In this document: one piece after another, positions 46,470-56,487 of the stretch
How the letters are laid out: each line of letters begins with the position of its first letter
How positions within the stretch are numbered: the first letter of the stretch is position 1
Source of the DNA: Candidatus Aenigmatarchaeota archaeon
GTDB lineage: Archaea > Aenigmatarchaeota > Aenigmatarchaeia > QMZP01 > QMZT01
Assembly (NCBI GenBank): GCA_026397315.1
Contig: JAPLVC010000006.1
Location: forward strand, 117,108-181,107
Length of the DNA: 64,000 nucleotides
Direction of reading: 5' to 3'
Position numbers and translations under genes: made by a program
The notes under the pieces: generated by a model
What the model was told of the DNA's origin: nothing
Databases searched by the model: none
What the model saw: the letters and a program-made list of their open reading frames with translations, nothing else

Positions 46470-47398
46470 CGTTCGCAAACCCGCTTTATCTCTGGTTCAT
46501 GGTAGCCATTCCCCTGATGGTCCTGGCGCATTTCATAAGCCTGAAATTCGTAAGAAAAAGGGCGCTGAAATTCGCGAATTTTCCGGCAATCGAATACGTC
46601 ACAGGCGAGCGGATTCTTTCGAAAAACTACACCATGTTGGCCATGCGCCTCGTCACTTTGTTCTTCCTGATACTGGGCGTGTCAGGAGCCGTACTATGGT
46701 ATGAGAGCCAGGCGGGCGACGTGAGCTTTGTTCTAGCGATAGACGCTTCAGGCAGCATGATGGCCAACGATTTTCAGCCGACCAGGCTCGATGCAGCCAA
46801 AAGCTCGGCGCTGGTTTTTGTGGACACGGTTTCTGAAAACACGGAGATAGGCGTTCTCTCATTCGCCGGAGTCGGTTTCATAAAACAGGCGCTGTTGACC
46901 GATGCGGCCAGGACGCGCACCTCGATAAACAACGTGACCATCGAGATTGCCGGCGGCACAGGCATAGGCACGGCCATAATATCGTCCGTCAATCTTCTGT
47001 CGGGCAGCAGCAAGCCCAAGACCATAATACTGCTCACGGACGGCCAGAACAACGTCGGTCCCAGCATCGACGAAGCGATACTTTACGCCAACGACAACCA
47101 GGTCACCATATACACTATAGGCATAGGCACAGAGAGCGGAGGCAGCCTGGAAGAAATGGGACTGTCTTTCGTATCGAAACTCGACAGCGACACGCTCATG
47201 AAAATAGCCAGCGACACGAAAGGCAGGTATTACGAAGCGAGAAACGAGACAGCGCTGGCGAATGCGTACAGGGAGATAGCCACCTCGAACACCGCTAAAA
47301 TGCCTTTCAACCTCTCGCTCGTCTTCCTTACCGTGGCAGTCATACTGCTTTTCGCGGAATGGGGCCTGCTGAACACTAAATACAGGACGCTCCCGTGA
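46460..47398 (+). CDS. BatA-like membrane VWA protein
   Basis: FANPLYLW N-terminus, MIDAS DASGSM, GT-IG, LTDG, C-terminal TM LFAEW. Confidence 0.92.
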   Translation: MEITFANPLYLWFMVAIPLMVLAHFISLKFVRKRALKFANFPAIEYVTGERILSKNYTMLAMRLVTLFFLILGVSGAVLWYESQAGDVSFVLAIDASGSMMANDFQPTRLDAAKSSALVFVDTVSENTEIGVLSFAGVGFIKQALLTDAARTRTSINNVTIEIAGGTGIGTAIISSVNLLSGSSKPKTIILLTDGQNNVGPSIDEAILYANDNQVTIYTIGIGTESGGSLEEMGLSFVSKLDSDTLMKIASDTKGRYYEARNETALANAYREIATSNTAKMPFNLSLVFLTVAVILLFAEWGLLNTKYRTLP

Positions 47399-47424
47399 CG
47401 CTTAGAATTAATTAAAAAATCAAT

Positions 47425-49911
47425 TTATTTTAGTTCCAATGTTATGGCGTTGTAGAGCCTTATGATGCGGATGGTCTCGTTGTAAAGCTCTTTCTTTACT
47501 TCCGGATTAAAGCTGTCGTAAATATCCCTTATCTTTGAATAGGTTTTCTCAGCTTCATCGGGTTTGTGCGCTTTCATCGCTTTCTCGCCGTCCACTATAA
47601 GGTTCTGCAGCGTTTTTATGGCCTCTTTATCTTTCTCGGTCTTGACATATTTCTTTTCACTTACATCTGGCCTCACTTCCGGCAGCTTCACTTCCTCATC
47701 TTTGGGTTGCCATTTGTTTATCTCATCCTCGGCGCGCTTATCGAGCGATTCGTGGACCTTTATGCCGGTTAGCTTTTCTACTATTAAGGTCGCGCTCTTC
47801 ATGACGTTCGATATCTCGGAAAGCGACGCCTCCACGACGCCGTATTCTATCTCGGTCATCTTTATCGAGAAGTCCGTTATCCTGCTGGCGAGGGCTTTCT
47901 CGATTTTGTTCTTTCTCGCCACCTCGGCCAGCTCAATGTAGGTGAACTTCTTCTTTATGGCGAACGCTTTAGCGAAAAATTCCCTCATCACGGCCGAGAA
48001 CTCGGATATTATTATCCTCTCGGGCTTCTTGCCCATTTCCAGCTGTATGAGATGTATTTTCCTCAGCGTCGTCGCTCCCAGCATCTCCATGTCAGTGTAA
48101 GGCAGCGGGCTTATCTTCTTCCTGTAGAACACCAGCAGGAAGGCCGAGGTTCTGTAAAGGACTATTGAAGCGCCGCCGAGTATTATGACCACCAGCAGGA
48201 ACTGGCCCAAGGAAATGCCGCAGTCCTGGAAACATGCCAGTATCTCGCCCTCTTCACAGATGGCATTGCCGCATACTGGAAGCTGCTCTGGCGTGCATGG
48301 CGGGCACGGGCCGCCGCAATCGACGCTTTCCTCGCACGTTTTCCTGCCGCTCGGGAGCGTGTGACAGTTCTTTATCTTGTCGTCGCACGTCGAGCACGGC
48401 GGGCACGGCCCTCCGCAGTCTATCCATATCTCGCACCCGCCGTCGTGGCAGTTGATTATGCTGTCGGTGCAGTTGGGCTGCGGCGTGTATACGCACCCCC
48501 TTTTTTCTTCCGGCTTGTGAGTAGTTGTGCCACAGATATTGAGGTCTGTGCATGTTCTGGTCTGTATCTCGTATATCGGGCACATGGACCATTCCGAGCA
48601 TCTCCAGTTCTCTATGCAGGGCGGCGGCATAGCAGAGCCGGACGGGGGCGCAGTCGAAGAAGCCGGAGGAACGGCGTCGCGGACATACAGCGTCCACTCG
48701 TGCGAATCGAAAAGCAGACCGTCCGTGATTACTACCGTCACGTTGTGCGTTCCTGACGATGTGTAGCTGGCATAATACGTATATATATCGTTCGTTTCTC
48801 CTGTAAGGAGAATGCTGTTGAGATACCACTGCGTAGACGGAATCGTTCCGTCAGGATCGTATTTCGTTATGTTGAAATACTGGTTGCCGCCTTCCATCAT
48901 CTCAATCGTATCGTTGTAAGGATACCATGATATGATGTCGGGCGGGTGATTCTTCGGGACTATGGAGAAGCTTATGATTTCGTAATCCCACAGCAGGCCG
49001 TCCGTAACTGAAATGTTGATGAAATAAGTGCCGTTCATCGCATCGTCCGGAGTGAAGCTTATGATGCCCGTCTGCTGGTTTATTTCGAAAAATGAGGCGT
49101 TGTCGTAAAAGGATATGTTATGCCACTCCGGCCTGACGTCGACGTCGGTAACGTTCGCGTCGTATGTGTAGGACTCGTTTATCAGCGCGGTCTGGGCGCC
49201 TATCGTATGCAGGACCGGGGCGTCGTTGACGTCTATTATTTCGAAGTTCACCACCTGCCAGTCAATCCCTCCTCGTCCATCAAGAACCCATATCATGACG
49301 GACTGGTTGCCCACTTCCTGCTGGTCCGGCGTGAAATATATAACACCCGTCATGGAGTTTATCTGGAACATGGTCGTGTTGTCGCCGAAGAACAGCACGT
49401 CGTTGTCCGGGTCGCTGGCATTGACGTCGTAAATGAAAAGGTCGCTCTGGTTTATGACCTGGTTGGGTATGTAGTCCAGCACGGGCGGCCTGTTCTCATA
49501 TTCCACGGAAAGGAATATCAGCTTGGAGTCCGTCTGCAGGCCGCAGTTGGAAACGACCGTGATGTTGATGATGTAGGCGCCTTCGTCCGAAGGCGAAGGG
49601 GTGAATCGTATGACTCCGTTCGAGCTGTTTATGACGAAAAGCGGAGTGTCCTCGGAGAACGAGACGTTCAGGTCGTTGGCCACGCTCGTGTTGACGTCGT
49701 AGACGTATTCCCTGTTTATGTAGGCTATCTGCTCCGGGACGGCGTTTATTATTGGATGGTTGTCCAGGCACATGCCGAGAAAGCCGACAGCCGTCGCCTT
49801 GACTGTTATGTCTTTCTGCGCGATGTTGTAATAGACTGAAACCTGGAGCAGCGTGATGGTGAGGAATACTGCTATTATTAGTGCAATTACCTTGTTGGAC
49901 ATCTGATCCAT
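47425..49911 (-). CDS. Surface protein: cadherin-like repeats, Cys-rich repeats, TM and cytoplasmic helical domain
   Basis: NHP/NRPP/NDAP/NHPP repeats; CIENWRCSEWSMC; two DCGGPCPPC units. Confidence 0.85.
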   Translation of the reverse strand: MDQMSNKVIALIIAVFLTITLLQVSVYYNIAQKDITVKATAVGFLGMCLDNHPIINAVPEQIAYINREYVYDVNTSVANDLNVSFSEDTPLFVINSSNGVIRFTPSPSDEGAYIINITVVSNCGLQTDSKLIFLSVEYENRPPVLDYIPNQVINQSDLFIYDVNASDPDNDVLFFGDNTTMFQINSMTGVIYFTPDQQEVGNQSVMIWVLDGRGGIDWQVVNFEIIDVNDAPVLHTIGAQTALINESYTYDANVTDVDVRPEWHNISFYDNASFFEINQQTGIISFTPDDAMNGTYFINISVTDGLLWDYEIISFSIVPKNHPPDIISWYPYNDTIEMMEGGNQYFNITKYDPDGTIPSTQWYLNSILLTGETNDIYTYYASYTSSGTHNVTVVITDGLLFDSHEWTLYVRDAVPPASSTAPPSGSAMPPPCIENWRCSEWSMCPIYEIQTRTCTDLNICGTTTHKPEEKRGCVYTPQPNCTDSIINCHDGGCEIWIDCGGPCPPCSTCDDKIKNCHTLPSGRKTCEESVDCGGPCPPCTPEQLPVCGNAICEEGEILACFQDCGISLGQFLLVVIILGGASIVLYRTSAFLLVFYRKKISPLPYTDMEMLGATTLRKIHLIQLEMGKKPERIIISEFSAVMREFFAKAFAIKKKFTYIELAEVARKNKIEKALASRITDFSIKMTEIEYGVVEASLSEISNVMKSATLIVEKLTGIKVHESLDKRAEDEINKWQPKDEEVKLPEVRPDVSEKKYVKTEKDKEAIKTLQNLIVDGEKAMKAHKPDEAEKTYSKIRDIYDSFNPEVKKELYNETIRIIRLYNAITLELK

Positions 49912-49946
49912 AACAATTAAGAATTGTCAAAGAAACGTTAAATGTT

Positions 49947-51140
49947 TTACACGAGCTTCGTCTGCTTTTGCTTGCTGCCTGTTTTCTTCCTCTTCAAAAC
50001 GATCAGCGTTATTATCACGGCAGCTCCGGCTACTCCCGCGATGAAGACTATCAGTTCAAAGCTTAACGCGAAGCCTGGCTTGTTCAGTATTTCCACGCCC
50101 GTTTCCATGGTGTCGTTCTTGTCCAGATAATGCAGGACAGCGACCGCGGTGTATTTGCCGGGCTCTATGCCCCTGCTGGCGTCGAGATAGCTTATCACAA
50201 CCGGCGTATCGAACGCAGCGACTGTGATGCTCTCGCTTTTATGATAGCTCAAATCGTTTCCTTTCGCGTCCTTCACGAAAAGCTCCAAGTATGCTCCCGT
50301 TATCTCCTGGTTCCAGTAGCTCTTGATTTTGGTGTAAACCTTGCCTATGCTGCCGTTGACTACTGATTCGGCTGTGACGTTCACTATTTTTATCAGCGGC
50401 GCGCCGAGATTGAACTCCTTGATGTGCTTAGCTGTTTTGTCGTCGTAGTAAATCGTTAGCTGGGCTTTGTAAAGACCGGCTTCGACGTTGGAAAACCATG
50501 TTGCACGGAAAGTCTCCCTGGCGGTTGTGGCGACGGGCTTGCTTTCCAGTTGCATGATATCGATGGTCCTGTTGTCCTCATACATGACCTTGATTTCGCC
50601 CCACGCTTTTTCTATGTTCTCCTTTCCCTGGTTGACTATGTATGCCTCGAAAATGACCGTGTCGTTGACATTCGCGTTCTTGATGTCAAGCCATATGCCT
50701 GCATATTTTCCTGGATATGGCACCATCACCTCTGTTTTGATGCCGACCCTCACCTTGGCGATGGCCACGCCCGGCTGAGGCGCTACATACTCCTCCGCCC
50801 ATAGGATTGACGTGTGCGTGCCCGGCTCTTCAATGTTTTCAGGCAGCTTTATCTTGAACTTGAAAGCCTGGAAGCTGTGCGGTTCTATTATTAAGTGATC
50901 TTCCGTTGTTATGGTAAAATACTGCGCAATATCGCCATTGGGGTCGACGTATAAGTCGACTTCCCTTGGCTCGTCCAGGCTGTTCGATACCGTGCCGTCG
51001 AACTCCTGCTCATAACCCGGCACGAAGTTCATCGTTATTTTAGCTGGCGAAATGCCAAGGGAATACGCTGGTCTGGCTAGGATGAATAAGAAAAATAGTA
51101 AAAAAAGGAACAAACAGGCTACTCTTTTCATGGCATTCAC
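49947..51140 (-). CDS. Membrane-anchored three-Ig protein, DUF916/chaperone-like; paralogue of 55270-56487
   Basis: Signal peptide, LGISPAKI--NFVPG, FKIKLP----PG-H, VPYPGKYA, C-terminal TM. Confidence 0.75.
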   Translation of the reverse strand: MNAMKRVACLFLFLLFFLFILARPAYSLGISPAKITMNFVPGYEQEFDGTVSNSLDEPREVDLYVDPNGDIAQYFTITTEDHLIIEPHSFQAFKFKIKLPENIEEPGTHTSILWAEEYVAPQPGVAIAKVRVGIKTEVMVPYPGKYAGIWLDIKNANVNDTVIFEAYIVNQGKENIEKAWGEIKVMYEDNRTIDIMQLESKPVATTARETFRATWFSNVEAGLYKAQLTIYYDDKTAKHIKEFNLGAPLIKIVNVTAESVVNGSIGKVYTKIKSYWNQEITGAYLELFVKDAKGNDLSYHKSESITVAAFDTPVVISYLDASRGIEPGKYTAVAVLHYLDKNDTMETGVEILNKPGFALSFELIVFIAGVAGAAVIITLIVLKRKKTGSKQKQTKLV

Positions 51141-51166
51141 TAGAGATAATTGCCTTCGCTTATATT

Positions 51167-51838
51167 TTAAGCCGCCACGGCGCCTACTGTTATCATCACG
51201 CCTTTGGAGCCTGTTGCGTCGCTGGGCACGGTTATGTTGAAGTGTATTCTTATCTCATCGGAGCCGGAATTGCTGAAGTCAAGCGAGTTGCAGACAACTG
51301 TTTCCGATGTTGCAAGCGTTGTCCACGAGCCTTCTCCAAGCGCGCCGAAATCGATGCCGCATGCTGCCGTTTCGTTGTTCTTGCCCTTGAAGTAAGCTAG
51401 GCCGCCGGTTCCTATCCAGTCCGTCGCAGCCTGCGCAGCGCTCATGTTAATCGAAACGTTCACGTTGCCCGCGTTCTGGACCACGAACGGGAAAGCGCAA
51501 TAGGTATCCGTGCCGTCGCACGTTCCCCAGACATCGCCTCCGCTGGTGCCGTTGCCTTCAGTGCCGTCGCGGAAAGTGTCCCAGTTGTCCTGCTGCGTCG
51601 TAAGGGTCCTGATCGCGCCGCCAAGGGCACCCGTTCCGAAGTTGGTCACGCTTCTGATCAGTATTATGTCAGTGCTCTGCCCTATAGTGACGTTCGCCGT
51701 TCCTGTCCCTGTGGATGCTCCGCCTGTAGTCTTTATTTTCACTTTGCCGATGTTTGAAATTGTCAGGAAACTGAAACCGGACACTACTATAGCAATTACC
51801 AACAGAACCGCTATCATGTTATTGGTTATCTTAGCCAT
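51167..51838 (-). CDS. Putative filament/surface subunit A
   Basis: N-terminal TM, TGGAS-TGTGTANVTIG, PFVVQNAGNVNV, FNITVPSDATGSK; no C-terminal anchor. Confidence 0.75.
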   Translation of the reverse strand: MAKITNNMIAVLLVIAIVVSGFSFLTISNIGKVKIKTTGGASTGTGTANVTIGQSTDIILIRSVTNFGTGALGGAIRTLTTQQDNWDTFRDGTEGNGTSGGDVWGTCDGTDTYCAFPFVVQNAGNVNVSINMSAAQAATDWIGTGGLAYFKGKNNETAACGIDFGALGEGSWTTLATSETVVCNSLDFSNSGSDEIRIHFNITVPSDATGSKGVMITVGAVAA

Positions 51839-51941
51839 TATTTTCCCCCCATAGTTATATTATTAGCATCATTCGGACGGCAGTATCACGAGCCCGATGT
51901 ATCCGTTCTTCTGGTCCGTCGTCTTTTCAGGCGCAGGCAGA
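51801..51941. repeat. 141-bp exact direct repeat, copy 1 (5' leader and first codons of subunit A)
   Basis: Identical to 52690-52830 (offset 889). Confidence 0.95.
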
Positions 51942-51942
51942 A

Positions 51943-51948
51943 TTTAAA
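51943..51948 (-). promoter_or_regulatory. Putative TATA box for subunit A
   Basis: TTTAAA just outside repeat copy 1; absent at copy 2. Confidence 0.5.
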
Positions 51949-52058
51949 CTACTATTGTCACCATCGCTTTTTGCTGTTTTATAGTTCATTCTGTGAATGA
52001 TGTAAAATAAAATAAGAATTAAAAATAAAGAAAATTCAACCTTCTTTACCGCTAGCAA

Positions 52059-52727
52059 CTACGCTGCTATTGAACCGACTGTAAGCGTTACAGTCTTGTA
52101 ACCCGTAGCGTCCGTTGGTACCGTCAGGTTGAAGTGTATCCTTATCTCGTCTGAACCTGCGTCAGAGAAAGACAGGTTGTTGCAGACAAGTGTTTCCGAT
52201 GTTCCAAGCGTTGTCCACGAGCCTTCTCCGATAGCGCCGAAGTTCTGGCCGCACGCTGACGACTCGTTGTTCTTGCCCTTGAACGTCGCAGCTGCACCGG
52301 TTCCTATCCATGATGTTGCGACAGCCGACGCGGTTATGTTGACAGATACGTTTATGTTGCCAGCGTTTTGGACCACTACCGGGAAAGCGCACGTTGCTTC
52401 AGTGCCCACACATGTTCCGTAAACGACAGTCGTTCCAGTCGTGCCGTTGCCCTCGCCTCCGTCGTCGAACGTGTCGTAGTTGTCGGAGTTGGTTGTAAGG
52501 TATCTGGTAGCTCCTCCAAGCGAGCCGGAGTCGAAGTCGACTACGCTTCTCAACAGCACGATGTCAGTGCTCGAGCCTATCGTGACGTTCGCCGTCCCCG
52601 TTCCTGTGGATGCCCCGCCAGTTATGGATACGCCTCTCCAGTTTGAAACAGCCATAAGGCTGAAGCCGGACAAGGCTATCGCAGCCACTAACAGAACCGC
52701 TATCATGTTATTGGTTATCTTAGCCAT
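52059..52727 (-). CDS. Putative filament/surface subunit B (paralogue of A)
   Basis: Same architecture and four aligned Cys; T-rich terminator-like tract follows (about 52000-52040). Confidence 0.75.
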   Translation of the reverse strand: MAKITNNMIAVLLVAAIALSGFSLMAVSNWRGVSITGGASTGTGTANVTIGSSTDIVLLRSVVDFDSGSLGGATRYLTTNSDNYDTFDDGGEGNGTTGTTVVYGTCVGTEATCAFPVVVQNAGNINVSVNITASAVATSWIGTGAAATFKGKNNESSACGQNFGAIGEGSWTTLGTSETLVCNNLSFSDAGSDEIRIHFNLTVPTDATGYKTVTLTVGSIAA

Positions 52728-52830
52728 TATTTTCCCCCCATAGTTATATTATTAGCATCATTCGGACGGCAGTATCACGAGCCCGATGTATCCGTTCTTC
52801 TGGTCCGTCGTCTTTTCAGGCGCAGGCAGA
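52690..52830. repeat. 141-bp exact direct repeat, copy 2
   Basis: Identical to 51801-51941; supplies the last 18 codons of the upstream gene. Confidence 0.95.
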
Positions 52831-54673
52831 CTCCCACGATGCCCTTTTTCTCTATGATTAAAGTGCTGTAACCCTTGGGAACGGCAAGTGTCTTGTTAAG
52901 ATTTATCATGGAATTTTCTATTATGACCTTCATGCGATAGGAAGTGCCCAGGCCGAAGCCGAAGCTCGGCTCAGGCGACAGAAGAAACTCGTTTTTCTCC
53001 ACAGAAGGCATCCTGTTGTTTATTGTCGTCCACCTGCCTCTGGAGAAAACCAAAAAAGCTAGCGAATTGGCATACCGCTGGCTTGCGCCCATCGCATAGT
53101 CGCTGGCGCCTTTTTCCGTGAAGACCGATATGGGATTGAGCTGCGCGAACACCACCGCTTTCAACGCGTCCCCGGACGATGCTGCGATGTAATAATGGTC
53201 AGGTAAGGCGTATTCGTCAGTCGTTAGCGACGCGAACGGCGTTTCGCCGCTGCCCGGCACATAGATGCTGTCCGACGTGCTGTTGAGGACCAGCTTTATC
53301 TGGAAAGTCACGGGCAGAACTGCGATCTTGTTTAAGCCGAAGCCCTTCCTGTTGAAAGCATCGGAGGACGTGACGTTTATCGTCCACAGTCCGTCCGCCG
53401 TCCCGGGGAGCGTGTAATTATATTCATATATGTAGCCGTCCGTTATGTTGCTCACGTTAACCATCGGCTCTCCAGTGATTTTTTCCGCGCCCGTGCTGTC
53501 TTTGATGATGACTGTCGCGTTGAATATGTATTCCCGGCCGAAGCCGTAAGTCACGTGCGCCCTGACTCTTACCAGCCTGCCCGGCTTGAACATATCCGTC
53601 TCCGCCAGCGCGGAAGTGTACGCCTTCACCGAGACGGAAGGCGGGGATATGCCGTAAAGCCTCACGGTAACCAGCCCATTGCCCGTGATGTTAGCGTAAG
53701 TCTGGTTGGGATAGAAAGTGAACGCGGTCGCGTTGACGGTGTAGTTGCTGTAGTAAAACTTGCCCGTGAAGTTCTGGTGGAATTCCGTCAGGTTCTGCCT
53801 TGCCAGCTGGCCGGAAGAGTTGGTCGTGCCGCTGAAGACGGTCGTGTTGTATCTGTCACGACCAGTTACGTTAGCGCTGCCTATCGGAGCGCCTTCATTG
53901 CTCAATACGAGAATATCGGCATACCATTTAATGTAAACCGTTCCAGCATCGACGGTTATCTTTGACGCATTGGCACTCACGTTGAGGAAAACCGTGTCGC
54001 TGGACGCGAAATGATAGATGTTCTGCGACGCAGTGCTCATGTATATGTCGCGGAAGAAGTTGTCGTAAGACTGGTAAACGTAAATGCCCTGCGAGCTCAT
54101 GTTGATAATCGAGCCGCCGGACACGGTGTTGTTTCTGGACGTCGAATAAAACGATATGCCCAGTTCGCTGTTGACCAGGTCGTTGTGCGCTAGCGTGCTG
54201 TATGACGTGTTGCTGGCATATATGGCGTCGTTGACGCTCTCTATGCGGTTCGAGCTTACGTTGACATAACGCGAGTGCATGAGCTCAACGCCGTCGTTGT
54301 TGCTGGTGAAATTGCTTTTGTAAAGCGTGCTGTTGTAGACTGTGTCAAAGTAAACTCCATACCCCCAGTCCGTTAGGTTGCAGTTCTTTATGGTTATATT
54401 GGTCGCCGCTTTGGCATAGATGCCATTGGTGCTGCTCGTGTCGGTGCCATCCACAAGGCGATAATTGCAGTCAAACACTATGTTGCTGGCCGTTATGTTA
54501 AAGCAGGTAGTGTTGGCGCTGTTCGGAATGTCCTGCGTCAGGACGTACGTCTCCCCAGCCGTATTCAGCACAGTGCAATTGTCAACATTAGTCGCCGCCT
54601 GGGCGGTCCTCGTGCATGACAGCATGAAAACCGCAGCAAAAACGACAACCAGAACTTTAGTCTGCCAGCGCAT
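52775..54673 (-). CDS. Secreted right-handed beta-helix (NosD/CASH-like) plus Ig-domain protein; C-terminus probably replaced
   Basis: Signal peptide; YVLTQDI---CF-I-ASNIVFDC; beta-helix repeats; end read from the repeat. Confidence 0.8.
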   Translation of the reverse strand: MRWQTKVLVVVFAAVFMLSCTRTAQAATNVDNCTVLNTAGETYVLTQDIPNSANTTCFNITASNIVFDCNYRLVDGTDTSSTNGIYAKAATNITIKNCNLTDWGYGVYFDTVYNSTLYKSNFTSNNDGVELMHSRYVNVSSNRIESVNDAIYASNTSYSTLAHNDLVNSELGISFYSTSRNNTVSGGSIINMSSQGIYVYQSYDNFFRDIYMSTASQNIYHFASSDTVFLNVSANASKITVDAGTVYIKWYADILVLSNEGAPIGSANVTGRDRYNTTVFSGTTNSSGQLARQNLTEFHQNFTGKFYYSNYTVNATAFTFYPNQTYANITGNGLVTVRLYGISPPSVSVKAYTSALAETDMFKPGRLVRVRAHVTYGFGREYIFNATVIIKDSTGAEKITGEPMVNVSNITDGYIYEYNYTLPGTADGLWTINVTSSDAFNRKGFGLNKIAVLPVTFQIKLVLNSTSDSIYVPGSGETPFASLTTDEYALPDHYYIAASSGDALKAVVFAQLNPISVFTEKGASDYAMGASQRYANSLAFLVFSRGRWTTINNRMPSVEKNEFLLSPEPSFGFGLGTSYRMKVIIENSMINLNKTLAVPKGYSTLIIEKKGIVGVCLRLKRRRTRRTDTSGS

Positions 54674-54756
54674 ATTTTATAATTGTCTCGGCTCTAATAA
54701 AAACGGAATGCGCTTCAGGCTGTCAATTTAAATTTTGTGCCCCAATAACAGATTGA

Positions 54757-55200
54757 ATGGACAGGAGAATATACGTTCTGCCGGTCGCAAGCGTCATCAT
54801 AATACTGGTTCTTATACTCAGACCGGACATATCCGGTTTCGTGACAGCCAGGTCGCTTTCGCAGCAGAGTCTCATTGAAGCGAAGGCGAGCGTGACCATC
54901 GCTAGCGACGGGTTCATCCCTGAAAACGCGGTAGTGACTGTTTTTCTTGACGATGAATCCGCCTCCATGGAATTCGGCGATTTCGTAGAAAAGAGCGGCG
55001 CAGCATTCGACCGCAGGCGCGAGCAGGTTCCGTCAATAGGATACGACGGCTTTGGCTACGGCGGCGAATACACTTACTTTGTTGATATATCGCAGTTCGG
55101 CATTGACACGCTCGTTGGTCCGGGAGAGCATTCGCTCACGGTCGAGGTTGGCTATGGGGAATCCATGCTTTCAACAAGCTCGGAAAAAATAACCATCTGA
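54757..55200 (+). CDS. Small membrane-anchored beta-domain protein
   Basis: N-terminal TM followed by PDISGFV. Confidence 0.75.
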   Translation: MDRRIYVLPVASVIIILVLILRPDISGFVTARSLSQQSLIEAKASVTIASDGFIPENAVVTVFLDDESASMEFGDFVEKSGAAFDRRREQVPSIGYDGFGYGGEYTYFVDISQFGIDTLVGPGEHSLTVEVGYGESMLSTSSEKITI

Positions 55201-55269
55201 ACCTGATGATGGCTCATTCTAAACTGCTATGTTTATATATCAACTGATATAAAAATGATTTTTCTGGAC

Positions 55270-56487
55270 CTATTTCTTCCTTTTCCTGAAGTAGAAGAAC
55301 CATCCCACGTTTATGAACACCAGGATGACAACTATCGGGACAAGGTAATCAGCCGCCGGCCCTGGGCTGCCTTTCGCGCTTATGACCCTTGCAGTTATGC
55401 CCACTATCTCGGTGTCGATGCTTTCGAGGTTGACGTATGTCTTGAGCAGCTTCTCGGACGTCTTCTCGCCATAATGCAGGATAAGCTTCGCATCATACGT
55501 CCCCTTCTGGACGCCTTCCGTGTCCCAGTAGGCATACAGCGTCGCTCGTTGCAGCGGGTCGACGTCTATCGACGACGATTTTATGCTCGCTATCTGGTTG
55601 CCGTCGGCGCTGCTGAAAGCCATCTCGGCGAAGACGTCGCTTATCTTCTGGTTCCACTTGTTCTCCATGTTTATCTCGAACTTCGCTATGCCGCCGAGCA
55701 CGAAGTTCCTGACTTTCACGTCTATTATCTCGACTCTCATGGCGCCCACTGCGAACGTTTTTTCGATGGTCGCGACCTTGCCGTCATAATTTACGGTCAC
55801 CATGGCGTGATACATGCCCGGATTCACATCGGCTGTCCACGGCACGGTCATCTCGCCTATTTTTTTCGACTCTACGGCTATCTGCTCGCTCTCGATGGTA
55901 ACTATTTTTTCATTGGTCGCGCCCAGTATGTCGATGGTCGCGAAAGCCTTGTATATGTCCTCGTCGCCGAGGTTCACAACCTTGACTATGAAATTCGTGT
56001 CCTCGCCCGTGTCGCCCTCGTTGACGACAAGCTCGAGATCCGCGTATTTGCCGGGGTACGGGACCTTGACCCTGAGCTGGTGCACGACCGCTGTCGTGGC
56101 CATAATGACCTGGCCGCCGCCCTCCTGCTCGGAAGGCATCTCCATGACGACTATCTTTGCCCAGTGGTCGCCGGGCTGGTCCAGTTTGTCAGGCAGCCTG
56201 AACTTGTATGTGAACGGCTTCGAATCGTCGCTTTCCTTGAACTCGATTATGGTCTTTTCTGAAGTGACATAATCCTTGAGGTCGCCTTCCGCGTACACGA
56301 AGGCGTTGAAGTCCTTGTGGTCGTTGTTTATTATGGTGAACGTCACTGCCTGCTCGAGGCCGGGCTGGAAATCAATGGTCGTCCTGCCGGGCGTGATGCC
56401 TATCGCCTGCGCTTGGCCCGCGCTAAGGCTGAGCATTACAACCATCGCCACCAGCGCTAGTGCGCTAAGCCTGCTCTGCCTTGACAT
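55270..56487 (-). CDS. Membrane-anchored three-Ig protein, DUF916/chaperone-like; paralogue of 49947-51140
   Basis: Signal peptide, IGITPGRT--DFQPG, YKFRLP---PG-H, VPYPGKYA, TM followed by RKRKK. Confidence 0.75.
   Translation of the reverse strand: MSRQSRLSALALVAMVVMLSLSAGQAQAIGITPGRTTIDFQPGLEQAVTFTIINNDHKDFNAFVYAEGDLKDYVTSEKTIIEFKESDDSKPFTYKFRLPDKLDQPGDHWAKIVVMEMPSEQEGGGQVIMATTAVVHQLRVKVPYPGKYADLELVVNEGDTGEDTNFIVKVVNLGDEDIYKAFATIDILGATNEKIVTIESEQIAVESKKIGEMTVPWTADVNPGMYHAMVTVNYDGKVATIEKTFAVGAMRVEIIDVKVRNFVLGGIAKFEINMENKWNQKISDVFAEMAFSSADGNQIASIKSSSIDVDPLQRATLYAYWDTEGVQKGTYDAKLILHYGEKTSEKLLKTYVNLESIDTEIVGITARVISAKGSPGPAADYLVPIVVILVFINVGWFFYFRKRKK

Noticed and set aside
51167-52830. Diversity-generating retroelement (TR/VR pair)
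   Set aside because: The 141-bp repeat is exact, the paralogue differences are not adenine-specific, and no reverse transcriptase is present.
55255-56262. Long antisense ORFs (for example 55255+, 13933-, 4013+, 49120+, 32951-)
   Set aside because: Shadow ORFs opposite well-supported genes, expected from GC-rich third codon positions.
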